Below, piece by piece: positions 19,541 through 28,865 of a stretch of DNA of 64,000 nucleotides. Under the pieces are notes generated by a model, which made no database searches, was not told where the DNA came from, and was given only the letters and a program-made list of their open reading frames with translations. Every line of letters starts with the position of its first letter. Position 1 is the first letter of the stretch. Both the position numbers and the translations under genes were made by a program. Source of the stretch: a virus (lineage: Duplodnaviria; Caudoviricetes); IMG/VR virus record IMGVR_UViG_3300010163_000009, positions 43,198 through 107,197 of that record; one strand, given 5' to 3'.

Positions 19541-22500
19541 ATGGCAAAAAGAATTATTATCGACGATGACATCCCATCTATTGAAGTGCCTTGGGATGAT
19601 GGAACGCAAGCCTATAGCGGTAGAGCTGTAGAAAAGTTTATCAAAAGTCAATTGTCTTCAAAGATTGGCTATATAATCATTCCACAGACAAAAGACACTG
19701 ATGGATATTACCATATTTGGGGATTCTCTGACCAAGCAGCCTATAATGACTATATGACCGACACTGATGCTAATGCTGCGCTTCGGTTATTGAATGTTGC
19801 AATTCCCTTGCTTGAAGAACAAGGTGGAGTAAGCAATATCGTTAAACTAACCAGAATATCTTCAGGGTCACTTGTAACGAGCAAACCGATTGCAAGCGTG
19901 GAAGTATCTTATTTGTGGCAGCAATATAATCCAATCACTCAGGAAACTACGGATCAAGATGAAGATGCAACTATCGTGGTGTCTTGCCGTACACAAAATG
20001 CAAACGGTGCGTGGGGGACTTGGGATTCCAGTAAAGAGTTCACTGTGAACATTCAGTCAGGGCAAACCAAGATCATAGACCTTAGCAAGCTGTTGACATC
20101 TGATGCCACTTATCAAGTTCGTCTGATAGCAACAGGAGAGACGAGTGGCATTTCTGCCAGCCCGGTAACGATGACAATTATCTATTCCAATGTAGCCGTA
20201 AATTATGAAGGGTCGATTGCAACTGCATACCAAGGTGCAAGCATCCAGTTGCCGTTCCGTATTTCAGGTAGTGTACAAAAACAGCTTCGTATAAAAATCA
20301 ATGGATATACCAAGAATTATACACTTGGAACCACAACATATACGGATAATACTTATGGGGCTACTCTCACTCAGGCGGAGTTTACATTAACACGTGGAGC
20401 AGTTAAGGCAGAAGCATGGATTGCGTTTGGAGAAGGATATACTGCTGAAACGGAGCATCAGGAATTTCAGTTCATCTATATTCCAGAAGGAGATACTTCG
20501 ATTACTCCGATTTTGGCCGTTACAGATATTATGGAAGAGTTTCCAAACTGGACGCGTGCTACAATCTTTCGCTATGCCATTTACAATCCGGTAGATAGCG
20601 AAACCCAGCTAAATATTACGTTACAAGACAGAGATTCTGGTCAAATATATATTCAAAAGAAGATTGTTTGTGTGAATGGTGAAGGATATGATTTCGATGA
20701 GAATTTTTCTATGGAGTATGAAGGAGATGAACAGCCTAATGTTATCAATGCTCAGGCTGTATTTACCAATGCTGCCGGAGTAACGTTTGGTAATAACATT
20801 AACTTTACAGTAGATAATTCAGAGAATTTCGCACCAACTAAAGGTGCGAATGTGGTGATTTCAGCAGAAAAGCAAACTATTGTCATTGACGGTGTTGAGT
20901 ATGAGTTGAATGACCTCCTTTCTGATGCAAAAGATACAAATACCGGTTGGCTTAGTAACGTAGAAACAGACACGACCGGTGCGCAAGTAAATGTTCCTGT
21001 TCTTAGTATTGGTGCTGGAAACAGTCTTACGTTACCGTATGAGCTTTTTGATGAAAACACAGGTCATAATACCAATGGTGTTGAGGGGTCAATCACTATT
21101 GAGTTTGACATCAAGGTAAAAAACATTGTTGGAGATTCGCCAATCATTGATGCTTCTTCAGCTTTCAGTAACGCATATACCGGGTTAAAGTTCTATCCAA
21201 CACGTGTCGTATGTCTCAGCCGTAATAATTTTACAGAGGAAATTTGCGATGACCATTATCAGGAAGAAGTGCGTGAACATATTGCAATCAATATCATTCG
21301 CAATCTTCGTGGAGAGGGTATGAACCTTGTTCGTATATACATCAATGGTAAGTCGAATCGCTCATTCATTTATACTGATGAAGATAGATTTGTCCCAATT
21401 GGAACGAGTGGATCTCAGGAAATAGTAATCGGTTCGGATGAAGCAGATGTTGATATTTATGGTGTTCGTATATATAAAGGTCAGCAACTTGGTTCAACTC
21501 AGATTCAGAATGATTATATGGCTGGAATGCCAACTATTGAAGATAAGAAACTATTCAAACGATTCAATTCTATCTTTAATGGTACAGAGATTGGTTACGA
21601 TTTATGTAATGCAATGGGACTTAACACCATTCTTCGCAGGATTCCAGAAGGAGGTCATTATCCTTCCCGTGAAAATCAGAGTAAACAGAAAGATGTAACC
21701 ATAGATGTACGTATTTATACAGAACGTGGTAATGCTGAAAGTCTTGATACCAAGCATTCGGGTACTTTTACTGGCATGACAGATAAAGGTCAGGGTACTT
21801 CGGCAAAAGGTTATTATTGGTGGAATATTTCCGATGGTTTTGAAGACGATGAGGAAATATCTGCTGATGAATATAACGCAAATGACCCTACGCACTATAC
21901 AGAAGAGGGAAAATATTATAAGAAAATATCGTATTTTAACTCGCTTGATGGCGTGAGTCAGGTATATGCCAGTGAGTATGAATTGGAAGATGGTCGTGGG
22001 GGGATTACGAAACTTGTTGGCAAATGTAATTACGCTTCTCCTATGCAGAGTCACAAGCTCGGTGCTATTTGGGCTTATGATGAACTTTGGCAAGTACTTG
22101 TCAACGATGGCAGTGATAGTCGCCCTGTACTGCAAGACACCCATGCCTGCTGCTACGAAAAACCATTTCTGTGTTTTTATCAAATTGGAAATGAGAATCC
22201 GGTATTTTGTGGCTTTCAAACTTGGGGTAGCGGCAAAGGTGATAAAAAGACTTTTGGTTATGATAAGAAGAAAAGTCCTGGCTATCTGTGTATTTCTGGT
22301 GCTGATAATGGTGCAGTTGCAGCTCTTTATCAGATGCCGTGGAATGTCACCAAGAATGCTCAGGGGGCATGGGAGGGTAATATTTATCCTAAAAGTGTTA
22401 CTATTAATACTGGTGATGTAAAAAATGGTTACTGTTATAAAAGCGGTAGCAGTGACACTCTTTCATTTGAAGTTGAAATAGGACAAAAATATGATGGAGG

Positions 22501-25500
22501 TGAAACGGACAAAGGCGTACTTCGTATCGAGGATGAAGCTAAAGGAGAATCGGAAACTACTCTGTTTACTACTTTTGCGGAGTTCGCGAATTTCGTGTTT
22601 TCCTGTTCACCGCTTCTTAAACCCTATGCAGGTACTGAAGCTCAATTGATAGAGGACAGTGCCAATCTTGTACGAGATCACCAGTATTGGCTTTTCAATT
22701 CCGGCTCTGACCGGTATAATGTCTATTATTACAATCCGGAAACATCCAAGTTTGAGAAAATTATCAAGGTTCCCACAGCTTGGGGAAGTGACAACCGTGC
22801 ATACGCTTATGGCAGTCCAAAACTAACTGAACAGCTTGCCGGTGTAACCATTTCCATCGACACGGTTGGTGGAACACAGAATGTAACGTTGGAAGAGGCA
22901 ATGGAAATTCTCGGCACTTCTGACATGGATGTTCTGAATGAGTGTTTCTGTAAGGCTCGTGTGGCATACTTCGTCAATCATGCAGACGCTTATCTTGACA
23001 TCAAGGACATTATCTTTCATCAGACGTTCTTGAAGCTCGAAGCCGGGACCGACAACCGCACGAAAAATGTTTATCCATTTATCGACCCATCGGTTGACAA
23101 ATTAGTGCGTTGGAAACAGGATGACCTTGACACTATCAAGAAGACCGATAATCAGGGACGTCAGACCAAGCCTTACTATGTACTGGAGCATACAAAGGAT
23201 GCCAATGGCAGCAATTATTGGAATGGTGAGAACAATGTACTTTTCACACTGATAGAGCGAGCTTATCCAGACCGTATGCGAAATATGATGAGGGACATAT
23301 TTACCATGATGGCTCAGATTGCTGGAAGTGTCGAAAACTATATGCAACAGCGTTTCTATTGGGTTCAAGAGTATTTCCCCGCTGTAGCCTATAATGAAAC
23401 GAGTCGCGTTCTTTACGAGGTTGCTCAGGTAAAATTGATGAATGGTCTTATTGATGTAAGCCAAGACCCTATAACCCAGGCTGTAGGCGATCAGTTGGAG
23501 TGCGAGAAACAATTTATGAATCAACGCCTCCCTATGTTGATGTCGTGGTGTGAGTATGAAACCGGAGGCGACGGTACACTTAGTTTCCGTTCCGTCAATA
23601 CTGTTGGTGGAGCTGCTCCAACTTATGATATAGAATATACCGCCTATCAATACATCTATCCAAAATTGGCAATCGGTGGAAAACTCGCTTCGATTTATGC
23701 AAAAAAAGATGGAGAATGGATAGACCAAGGCAGTGACCCCTATCTTTGTGCTCCGGGGGAAACGGTACGTTTGGTCGCTGACACAGACTCAAACACTCAG
23801 TTTACTATGCGTTGGATGCACTATGCTAAGGGCATTGGTAATCTCGGATCGTTACCTTGTGGTGAAGACGGTAATGTAAATATCACAGGGCGGCGTCTTC
23901 GTAAACTGGAATGTTGGTCTTCTGATGGCGTTCCGATCGAATTTCACCCAAAAGGTTTAGTGATTTCCAATTGTCGTAATTTGGAAGAAATAAACCTTAC
24001 TAACGCATCGGCGTTCTCTGGTACATTCTCGGCTGACCTCCCTCGATTGAAAAAACTTAGTTTGATGGGATCGTCTTATACGAGTGTAACGCTTCCTAAA
24101 ACCTCAACATTGACAGAAGTGGAATTACCGACATCTGTCAATTCAATCTTGGTTGATGGTCAACCCAATCTTTCATCAATCTTGGTTGAAGGTATGGAAA
24201 ACCTTCGTACATTCCAGGTTATTGGTACGCACAAAATTCAAAATCAGACACAATCGCTTATTCAACTTGCTTTTTCACAGGCGAAAAACCTTACTCTTGT
24301 ACAGATTGAAGATGTGACGTGGACAGGTTTTGCTGTGGATGTTATGATGTGGTTACATAGTATAAAAGCCTCGCTGACAGGAACTATCAGCTTGACCGGA
24401 AATTTGACATTTGACAATAAGCTTGCTTTGGCAGAAATTTATGGCAATATAGATGATACAAATAATGATTTATATATAAGTTATTCTAAACGTGCTATTA
24501 ATAGTGTGTCTATTAATGGGGCGTCCTATATTAGTGAGACAGGGACATATAAGTATAACCTTGTTTGTTCCCCTTCTACTGGAAATGATGTGGCTTTGAA
24601 GGATGGGCGACTGGCAATTGAGTGGTCGATTGACGATAGCGCCAAGACTTATAGCTCATTTATTGATGCTGTGAACGGTCAGTTGAAAGTAATTAAACTG
24701 GATGAGAGCGGGACAGACATGCGTTATATTATCCAGTGCAATCTTACAAAAACAAGCGGTGCAGTTATGACTGCGGAGTATATGGTAGGTTTTTATCGTC
24801 GTATTCCCAAAATAGGTGACTTTGCTTATGCAGACGGTACATTCGACGATCAGTTCTTGAAAGACAAAACTGTTGTTGGTATTGTCTACAAGATAGAAGA
24901 GATGTGGCAAGGCGATAATGAATCGGAACCGACCATCTTTTCAGGTTATAATAAGCCAACCGAGTTGTTCAAACAAAATCGTCATTTGGTTGGCTACCAG
25001 ATTAGAGTTGATGCCAAAGAGAATGTACCATTTAAGAGTACCGATGGTTTTATTAACACAGGAAGTACAGTTTGGGGGCTTTATTCTTCTACTGACAGCA
25101 ACGGACATGGCGACATACAGACTGAAATCAGTGCTGCTACAGGTATCTCCTCTATTTTCGATTTGCCTGGGATTAGTAATATTACAAGTCGAGGTTGGTC
25201 AGGTGGCGTTGATGACAATTATCTGACTACTGGTAATTATCTTGACACGGACGAAGACGATGGCTTTAAAGATTGGAGTTCAGCTTCCGGCACTGTAACT
25301 GATTGGCAAGGCAAACAGAAAACTCAAGCCATTATTCGTCACGCCAATCAAATTATCAATGCGTATCTGCTTTCTGATGAAAACGAGTCTGTATCTACAT
25401 ATTATACTGATGAAAATGACGAGGGGCATGAGTTCTCTGAACTTCCAACTACTGTTGAAGAGTTGGCTAACGCTATGGAAATACTTCATAAAGCCAATAA

Positions 25501-26095
25501 CAGTCTTACAAAGTATCAGCAGTTCCTTTATCCTGCTGCTTATGGGTGCTATCTATATCAGCCCCAAGTTAAGGAAGGTGAGACGCTTGATCCTCAGTAT
25601 GCTATTAATCAATGGTATCTTCCAGCTTGCGGAGAACTTTATCGTCAATATAGCTTCTTCGCTAAGTCGAGAACTGGTGGCATGGGAGAAACTTATACTG
25701 AAGGTCAAGGTACTTCCCCTGCAAGAAGTGTTATTGATGACATGATTCTTGCAGCTATCAATTCATCTGAGGACAATGAAATCAAAATGAATGTTTCTCC
25801 TTCACATGTAGAGTATAGTGATTATACTGGATTGGAGTTAGCTGCAATCAACCGATATTTTCATTCTCTCGTAGAAGCAGAAAAACCTATTTATTCAATG
25901 ATTTTATGGCGAGCCTTGGTTGCAAACGGTTCTGCACCGTTCACCCAGCACAGCACAGGCTACCACTGGTCATCCGCTGAGTACTCTGCCAACGGCTCGT
26001 GGTTCGTGTACTTCGTCAGTGGTAGTAGCTACGGCAATAGCAAGTACAGCACTTACGTGGTTCGCCCTGCTGTAGCCTATCAGTTTTTTCTTTAA
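19541..26095 (+). CDS. DGR target: large putative adhesin/receptor-binding protein (LamG-like, CotH-kinase-like, LRR, Ig-like, C-terminal C-type lectin with VR)
   Basis: C-terminal WYLPACGEL...YHWSSAEYS...W.V.F..G...K....VRP lectin motif carrying the VR; QGTS, DNRTKN and DDLDT kinase-like motifs; LxxLxL repeats. Confidence 0.85.
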   Translation: MAKRIIIDDDIPSIEVPWDDGTQAYSGRAVEKFIKSQLSSKIGYIIIPQTKDTDGYYHIWGFSDQAAYNDYMTDTDANAALRLLNVAIPLLEEQGGVSNIVKLTRISSGSLVTSKPIASVEVSYLWQQYNPITQETTDQDEDATIVVSCRTQNANGAWGTWDSSKEFTVNIQSGQTKIIDLSKLLTSDATYQVRLIATGETSGISASPVTMTIIYSNVAVNYEGSIATAYQGASIQLPFRISGSVQKQLRIKINGYTKNYTLGTTTYTDNTYGATLTQAEFTLTRGAVKAEAWIAFGEGYTAETEHQEFQFIYIPEGDTSITPILAVTDIMEEFPNWTRATIFRYAIYNPVDSETQLNITLQDRDSGQIYIQKKIVCVNGEGYDFDENFSMEYEGDEQPNVINAQAVFTNAAGVTFGNNINFTVDNSENFAPTKGANVVISAEKQTIVIDGVEYELNDLLSDAKDTNTGWLSNVETDTTGAQVNVPVLSIGAGNSLTLPYELFDENTGHNTNGVEGSITIEFDIKVKNIVGDSPIIDASSAFSNAYTGLKFYPTRVVCLSRNNFTEEICDDHYQEEVREHIAINIIRNLRGEGMNLVRIYINGKSNRSFIYTDEDRFVPIGTSGSQEIVIGSDEADVDIYGVRIYKGQQLGSTQIQNDYMAGMPTIEDKKLFKRFNSIFNGTEIGYDLCNAMGLNTILRRIPEGGHYPSRENQSKQKDVTIDVRIYTERGNAESLDTKHSGTFTGMTDKGQGTSAKGYYWWNISDGFEDDEEISADEYNANDPTHYTEEGKYYKKISYFNSLDGVSQVYASEYELEDGRGGITKLVGKCNYASPMQSHKLGAIWAYDELWQVLVNDGSDSRPVLQDTHACCYEKPFLCFYQIGNENPVFCGFQTWGSGKGDKKTFGYDKKKSPGYLCISGADNGAVAALYQMPWNVTKNAQGAWEGNIYPKSVTINTGDVKNGYCYKSGSSDTLSFEVEIGQKYDGGETDKGVLRIEDEAKGESETTLFTTFAEFANFVFSCSPLLKPYAGTEAQLIEDSANLVRDHQYWLFNSGSDRYNVYYYNPETSKFEKIIKVPTAWGSDNRAYAYGSPKLTEQLAGVTISIDTVGGTQNVTLEEAMEILGTSDMDVLNECFCKARVAYFVNHADAYLDIKDIIFHQTFLKLEAGTDNRTKNVYPFIDPSVDKLVRWKQDDLDTIKKTDNQGRQTKPYYVLEHTKDANGSNYWNGENNVLFTLIERAYPDRMRNMMRDIFTMMAQIAGSVENYMQQRFYWVQEYFPAVAYNETSRVLYEVAQVKLMNGLIDVSQDPITQAVGDQLECEKQFMNQRLPMLMSWCEYETGGDGTLSFRSVNTVGGAAPTYDIEYTAYQYIYPKLAIGGKLASIYAKKDGEWIDQGSDPYLCAPGETVRLVADTDSNTQFTMRWMHYAKGIGNLGSLPCGEDGNVNITGRRLRKLECWSSDGVPIEFHPKGLVISNCRNLEEINLTNASAFSGTFSADLPRLKKLSLMGSSYTSVTLPKTSTLTEVELPTSVNSILVDGQPNLSSILVEGMENLRTFQVIGTHKIQNQTQSLIQLAFSQAKNLTLVQIEDVTWTGFAVDVMMWLHSIKASLTGTISLTGNLTFDNKLALAEIYGNIDDTNNDLYISYSKRAINSVSINGASYISETGTYKYNLVCSPSTGNDVALKDGRLAIEWSIDDSAKTYSSFIDAVNGQLKVIKLDESGTDMRYIIQCNLTKTSGAVMTAEYMVGFYRRIPKIGDFAYADGTFDDQFLKDKTVVGIVYKIEEMWQGDNESEPTIFSGYNKPTELFKQNRHLVGYQIRVDAKENVPFKSTDGFINTGSTVWGLYSSTDSNGHGDIQTEISAATGISSIFDLPGISNITSRGWSGGVDDNYLTTGNYLDTDEDDGFKDWSSASGTVTDWQGKQKTQAIIRHANQIINAYLLSDENESVSTYYTDENDEGHEFSELPTTVEELANAMEILHKANNSLTKYQQFLYPAAYGCYLYQPQVKEGETLDPQYAINQWYLPACGELYRQYSFFAKSRTGGMGETYTEGQGTSPARSVIDDMILAAINSSEDNEIKMNVSPSHVEYSDYTGLELAAINRYFHSLVEAEKPIYSMILWRALVANGSAPFTQHSTGYHWSSAEYSANGSWFVYFVSGSSYGNSKYSTYVVRPAVAYQFFL
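25951..26076 (+). repeat. DGR variable repeat (VR) including GC-rich 3' end/IMH
   Basis: 126-bp ungapped match to 26781-26906 with 14 mismatches, all opposite TR adenines. Confidence 0.97.
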
Positions 26096-26102
26096 TCTTT
26101 CT

Positions 26103-26127
26103 GGCGAGCTGCTTTAAGCAGCTCGCC
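26103..26127 (+). other. DGR target-recognition hairpin/cruciform downstream of VR
   Basis: GGCGAGCTGCTT-T-AAGCAGCTCGCC near-perfect palindrome, 26 nt after the VR. Confidence 0.8.
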
Positions 26128-26153
26128 TATAACAGTTAAATAGTATTAAAATT

Positions 26154-26669
26154 ATGGATATAAACGGAAAAACAATGTCTTATAAGGAAGTTTGTGAATT
26201 ATTTGATAACACAATTCCTGCCGAAACAGAAGATGCGGTAATACTTTCCAACGATGAGATAAATCGGGCTCGTCGCAATAAAAGAGAGATGCGTAAGAAA
26301 GCTACTGGATTTCAGAATACACCAATTTACAGGTCGTTACACGCATCTATGCGACTTATCATAGAAATTGTACAACTGATGCCAAAGAAGTCGGTTAAGG
26401 TATCTGACATCTTGCTCCAAAATTTTACTGAATTGATTCGTTGGTCTGCTGCGGCTTATAATCATCAAGACGATTTACTTAAACAAAATGCACTTGAAGA
26501 AGCTATATCTTTAATGAGTGTAGTTAAGATTACACTTAACTGTATGTCCAACCTCGTTAGCGAAACGAAGCACAAGCAGCTGATTGCGTCGTTTGACGCG
26601 GTGATACGTCAACTTGTAGCATGGCGTGGCTCACTTATACAAAGCCAGGGTTCCGATGATGAAGCCTAA
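26154..26669 (+). CDS. avd: DGR accessory variability determinant (Avd-like four-helix bundle)
   Basis: Located between target and TR/RT; helical; PIYR... and IRQLVAW motifs. Confidence 0.8.
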   Translation: MDINGKTMSYKEVCELFDNTIPAETEDAVILSNDEINRARRNKREMRKKATGFQNTPIYRSLHASMRLIIEIVQLMPKKSVKVSDILLQNFTELIRWSAAAYNHQDDLLKQNALEEAISLMSVVKITLNCMSNLVSETKHKQLIASFDAVIRQLVAWRGSLIQSQGSDDEA

Positions 26670-28137
26670 TAACTGTAACATCGGAAGAGAGCTTAGAGCT
26701 TTGCTCGGATATGGGCGGCTGACTCCGTGGCATGGTTTTAACTATGTTCGGAGTTACGAAGCTGCACAGCCGCATATTAACAGCACAGGCTACCACTGGT
26801 CATCCACTGAGTACTCTGCCAACAACTCGTGGATCGTGAACTTCAACAGTGGTAATAGCAACAACAATAACAAGTACAACACTAACGTGGTTCGCCCTGC
26901 TGTAGCTCATCCGACAAAGGCTTGGCTTCAATTGAGGGAAAGTTTACAAGCGGCTTATGAAGATTGCTGTCGTGGCAAATCTTCCAGCCAACAATATCAA
27001 GACTATATCCCTCACGCTAATGAGGATTTGGATTTACTTACAACCCAGCTAATTGAACGTACTTATCAGCCATCGACATCGACTTGCTTCCTTGTTAGAT
27101 TTCCAAAATTGCGCGAGGTGTTTGCCGCCGCTTTCCGAGACCGTATCATACATCATTGGATATGTATGCGGTTGGTTCCACATTTTGAGGAACTTAACGA
27201 GAATATTGGAAATGTTACTCATAATTGCCGAGTCGGATTTGGGACAAAATCGGCAGTTGATGGGGTTTACCAAGCAATCAAAGAAGTCACATATAATTAC
27301 GGTATTGAAGCCGACCTGTTTAGAGGAGATTTGGTAGGCTTCTTTATGTCGTTACCTCAGCGTCGTATGTGTGATAATTTGATAGAGTTTGCGCAAGAAG
27401 AATATCATGGTGATTTTAAAAACTTGTTGATATGGTTATTGGACGTGGTTGTGATGCACCGTCCAGAATTGAATTGTATGTTCAATTCATCGCCTAAAGA
27501 TTGGGTCGGCCTGGCTCATAACAAGTCATTATTTAGGACTGGAAAGGGTCGAGGTGCCCCGATTGGGAACTTAACAACCCAGCTATTTGCCAATTTTTAT
27601 ATGGCGGATTTTGATGCTTTTATGGTTGATTGTGTCAAGAAACTGAAGAAAAGAGGTATTCGTGCTGCTTATCATCGTTTCGTGGACGATTTCATTTTGA
27701 TATGTAACGATAAATATGCGTTGAAATGGTTGATACATGCTGCTGAGATTAAAATCAACTCAATGGGTTTGACCATGCACAAAGATAAACGATACATCCA
27801 GCCTGCCAGTCACGGCGTTTTGTTTGTCGGTACACAAATCAAGAATGGCAGATTGTATCTTAGCAATCGAACTGTAGGTCGATTTACAGATAAAGCAAAG
27901 GAGATTGCAAAATTCATGCAACAGCCAGCAAAAGAAATCACCTCAGCAGATCTCGACCATATTCTTGCTACTCTTAATTCATATTTAGGATTTTGTAAAT
28001 ATCGACAGACATATCGAATCAGACGTAAGATAATGAAACCACTAATTTATTCGCATGATTTCAAGCGATATTTTAAAATTAATAGAAATGTATCTAAAGT
28101 CACCTTGCGGAAAGAGTGGAAAACTATTATTAAATAG
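26626..28137 (+). CDS. DGR reverse transcriptase (true start uncertain, possibly just after TR)
   Basis: REVFAAAFRDRIIHH, DL.GFFMS, GAPIGNLTTQLFANFYM and RFVDDF motifs. Confidence 0.93.
   Translation: MAHLYKARVPMMKPNNCNIGRELRALLGYGRLTPWHGFNYVRSYEAAQPHINSTGYHWSSTEYSANNSWIVNFNSGNSNNNNKYNTNVVRPAVAHPTKAWLQLRESLQAAYEDCCRGKSSSQQYQDYIPHANEDLDLLTTQLIERTYQPSTSTCFLVRFPKLREVFAAAFRDRIIHHWICMRLVPHFEELNENIGNVTHNCRVGFGTKSAVDGVYQAIKEVTYNYGIEADLFRGDLVGFFMSLPQRRMCDNLIEFAQEEYHGDFKNLLIWLLDVVVMHRPELNCMFNSSPKDWVGLAHNKSLFRTGKGRGAPIGNLTTQLFANFYMADFDAFMVDCVKKLKKRGIRAAYHRFVDDFILICNDKYALKWLIHAAEIKINSMGLTMHKDKRYIQPASHGVLFVGTQIKNGRLYLSNRTVGRFTDKAKEIAKFMQQPAKEITSADLDHILATLNSYLGFCKYRQTYRIRRKIMKPLIYSHDFKRYFKINRNVSKVTLRKEWKTIIK
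26699..26919 (+). ncRNA. Putative structured DGR template RNA (5' leader, TR, 3' spacer)
   Basis: Nested stems at 26715-26773, plus long-range pairing of 26699-26710 with 26909-26919 that encloses TR (folded by eye). Confidence 0.6.
26781..26906 (+). repeat. DGR template repeat (TR)
   Basis: AAC/AAT-rich copy of the VR; differs from it only at adenines. Confidence 0.97.
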
Positions 28138-28149
28138 AAAGAGTAAATT

Positions 28150-28803
28150 ATGAAGCAGATTTGTAAATTCGATACCAAGCCCGTTACAATCAATAACGGA
28201 GGGTGTAAAAAAGGACACTGGATAGTGTGGCTTAATCTCAATATATCAGAGATTGAGAATCCTGAAGAAAATGAAACTGAACTATACCAAAGCATGACAG
28301 ACCGACTTGTCATGTCTGATAGTTCCTTATCGGCATTTCTTGATGTTGTGGATCCGTCCCATATTGCTTTGGCAACTATAGAAGAATTAGAGGAAATCCT
28401 GCGTTATTTTTGCTCTGAATATGATTTGGAAGCATGGAAGGCTATCCGTAAAATCCAGATACAAGGATATGACATTAGCGAGAATGTTAATTGTTTCTAT
28501 CTGAACGGTCTTCCACTTTGGCTTGACAAAGCTACCAGAGTGGGGCTTGTAAATTCTATAACAATTGAGAAAAATTCCAATCGCAGCGAAACTTGCCTGT
28601 GGTTTGGAAAACATTACATAAAGATGGGCATTAATGTGGCTCTTGAAGCTTTATCCCAGCTTGAACTTTATGCTCTTGAATGTTATAATGTAACGGCACT
28701 ACATTTAGTTCAAATAGAGCAGTGTAATTCTGTTGACGAGCTAAGGTCGTTTAATATAAGTTCTGACTATCCTGAAATCCTTCAGTTCAAAATTGAAGAA
28801 TAA
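28150..28803 (+). CDS. DUF4376-like tail-fibre-associated protein
   Basis: VNCFYLNG..LWLDK.TRVGL and LELYALECYNVT..H...YPE motifs. Confidence 0.65.
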   Translation: MKQICKFDTKPVTINNGGCKKGHWIVWLNLNISEIENPEENETELYQSMTDRLVMSDSSLSAFLDVVDPSHIALATIEELEEILRYFCSEYDLEAWKAIRKIQIQGYDISENVNCFYLNGLPLWLDKATRVGLVNSITIEKNSNRSETCLWFGKHYIKMGINVALEALSQLELYALECYNVTALHLVQIEQCNSVDELRSFNISSDYPEILQFKIEE

Positions 28804-28811
28804 AACCTTTG

Positions 28812-28846
28812 TTTGAACCCGTAGCAATCATGTTTTGACTATTCTT
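28812..28846 (+). promoter_or_regulatory. Putative phage late promoter
   Basis: AACCC 28816-28820, N18, CTATTCTT 28839-28846. Confidence 0.75.
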
Positions 28847-28865
28847 GATAAAGGCTTAAAATATA

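Larger units (their letters stand above)
25951..28137 (+). mobile_element. Diversity-generating retroelement cassette (VR-hairpin-avd-TR-RT)
   Basis: All canonical components are present and in order. Confidence 0.95.

Noticed and set aside
21602-23728. Antisense ORFs of 205 and 208 aa
   Set aside because: They are shadows of the 2184-aa gene with no motifs; the same applies to the other minus-strand ORFs in the track.
24139-24195. Short tandem similarity TCAATCTTGGTTGA x2
   Set aside because: Reflects adjacent leucine-rich repeats in the protein, not a separate DNA element.
26821-26885. AAC-rich tract as a microsatellite or CRISPR-like repeat
   Set aside because: Fully explained as the Asn codons of the DGR template repeat.
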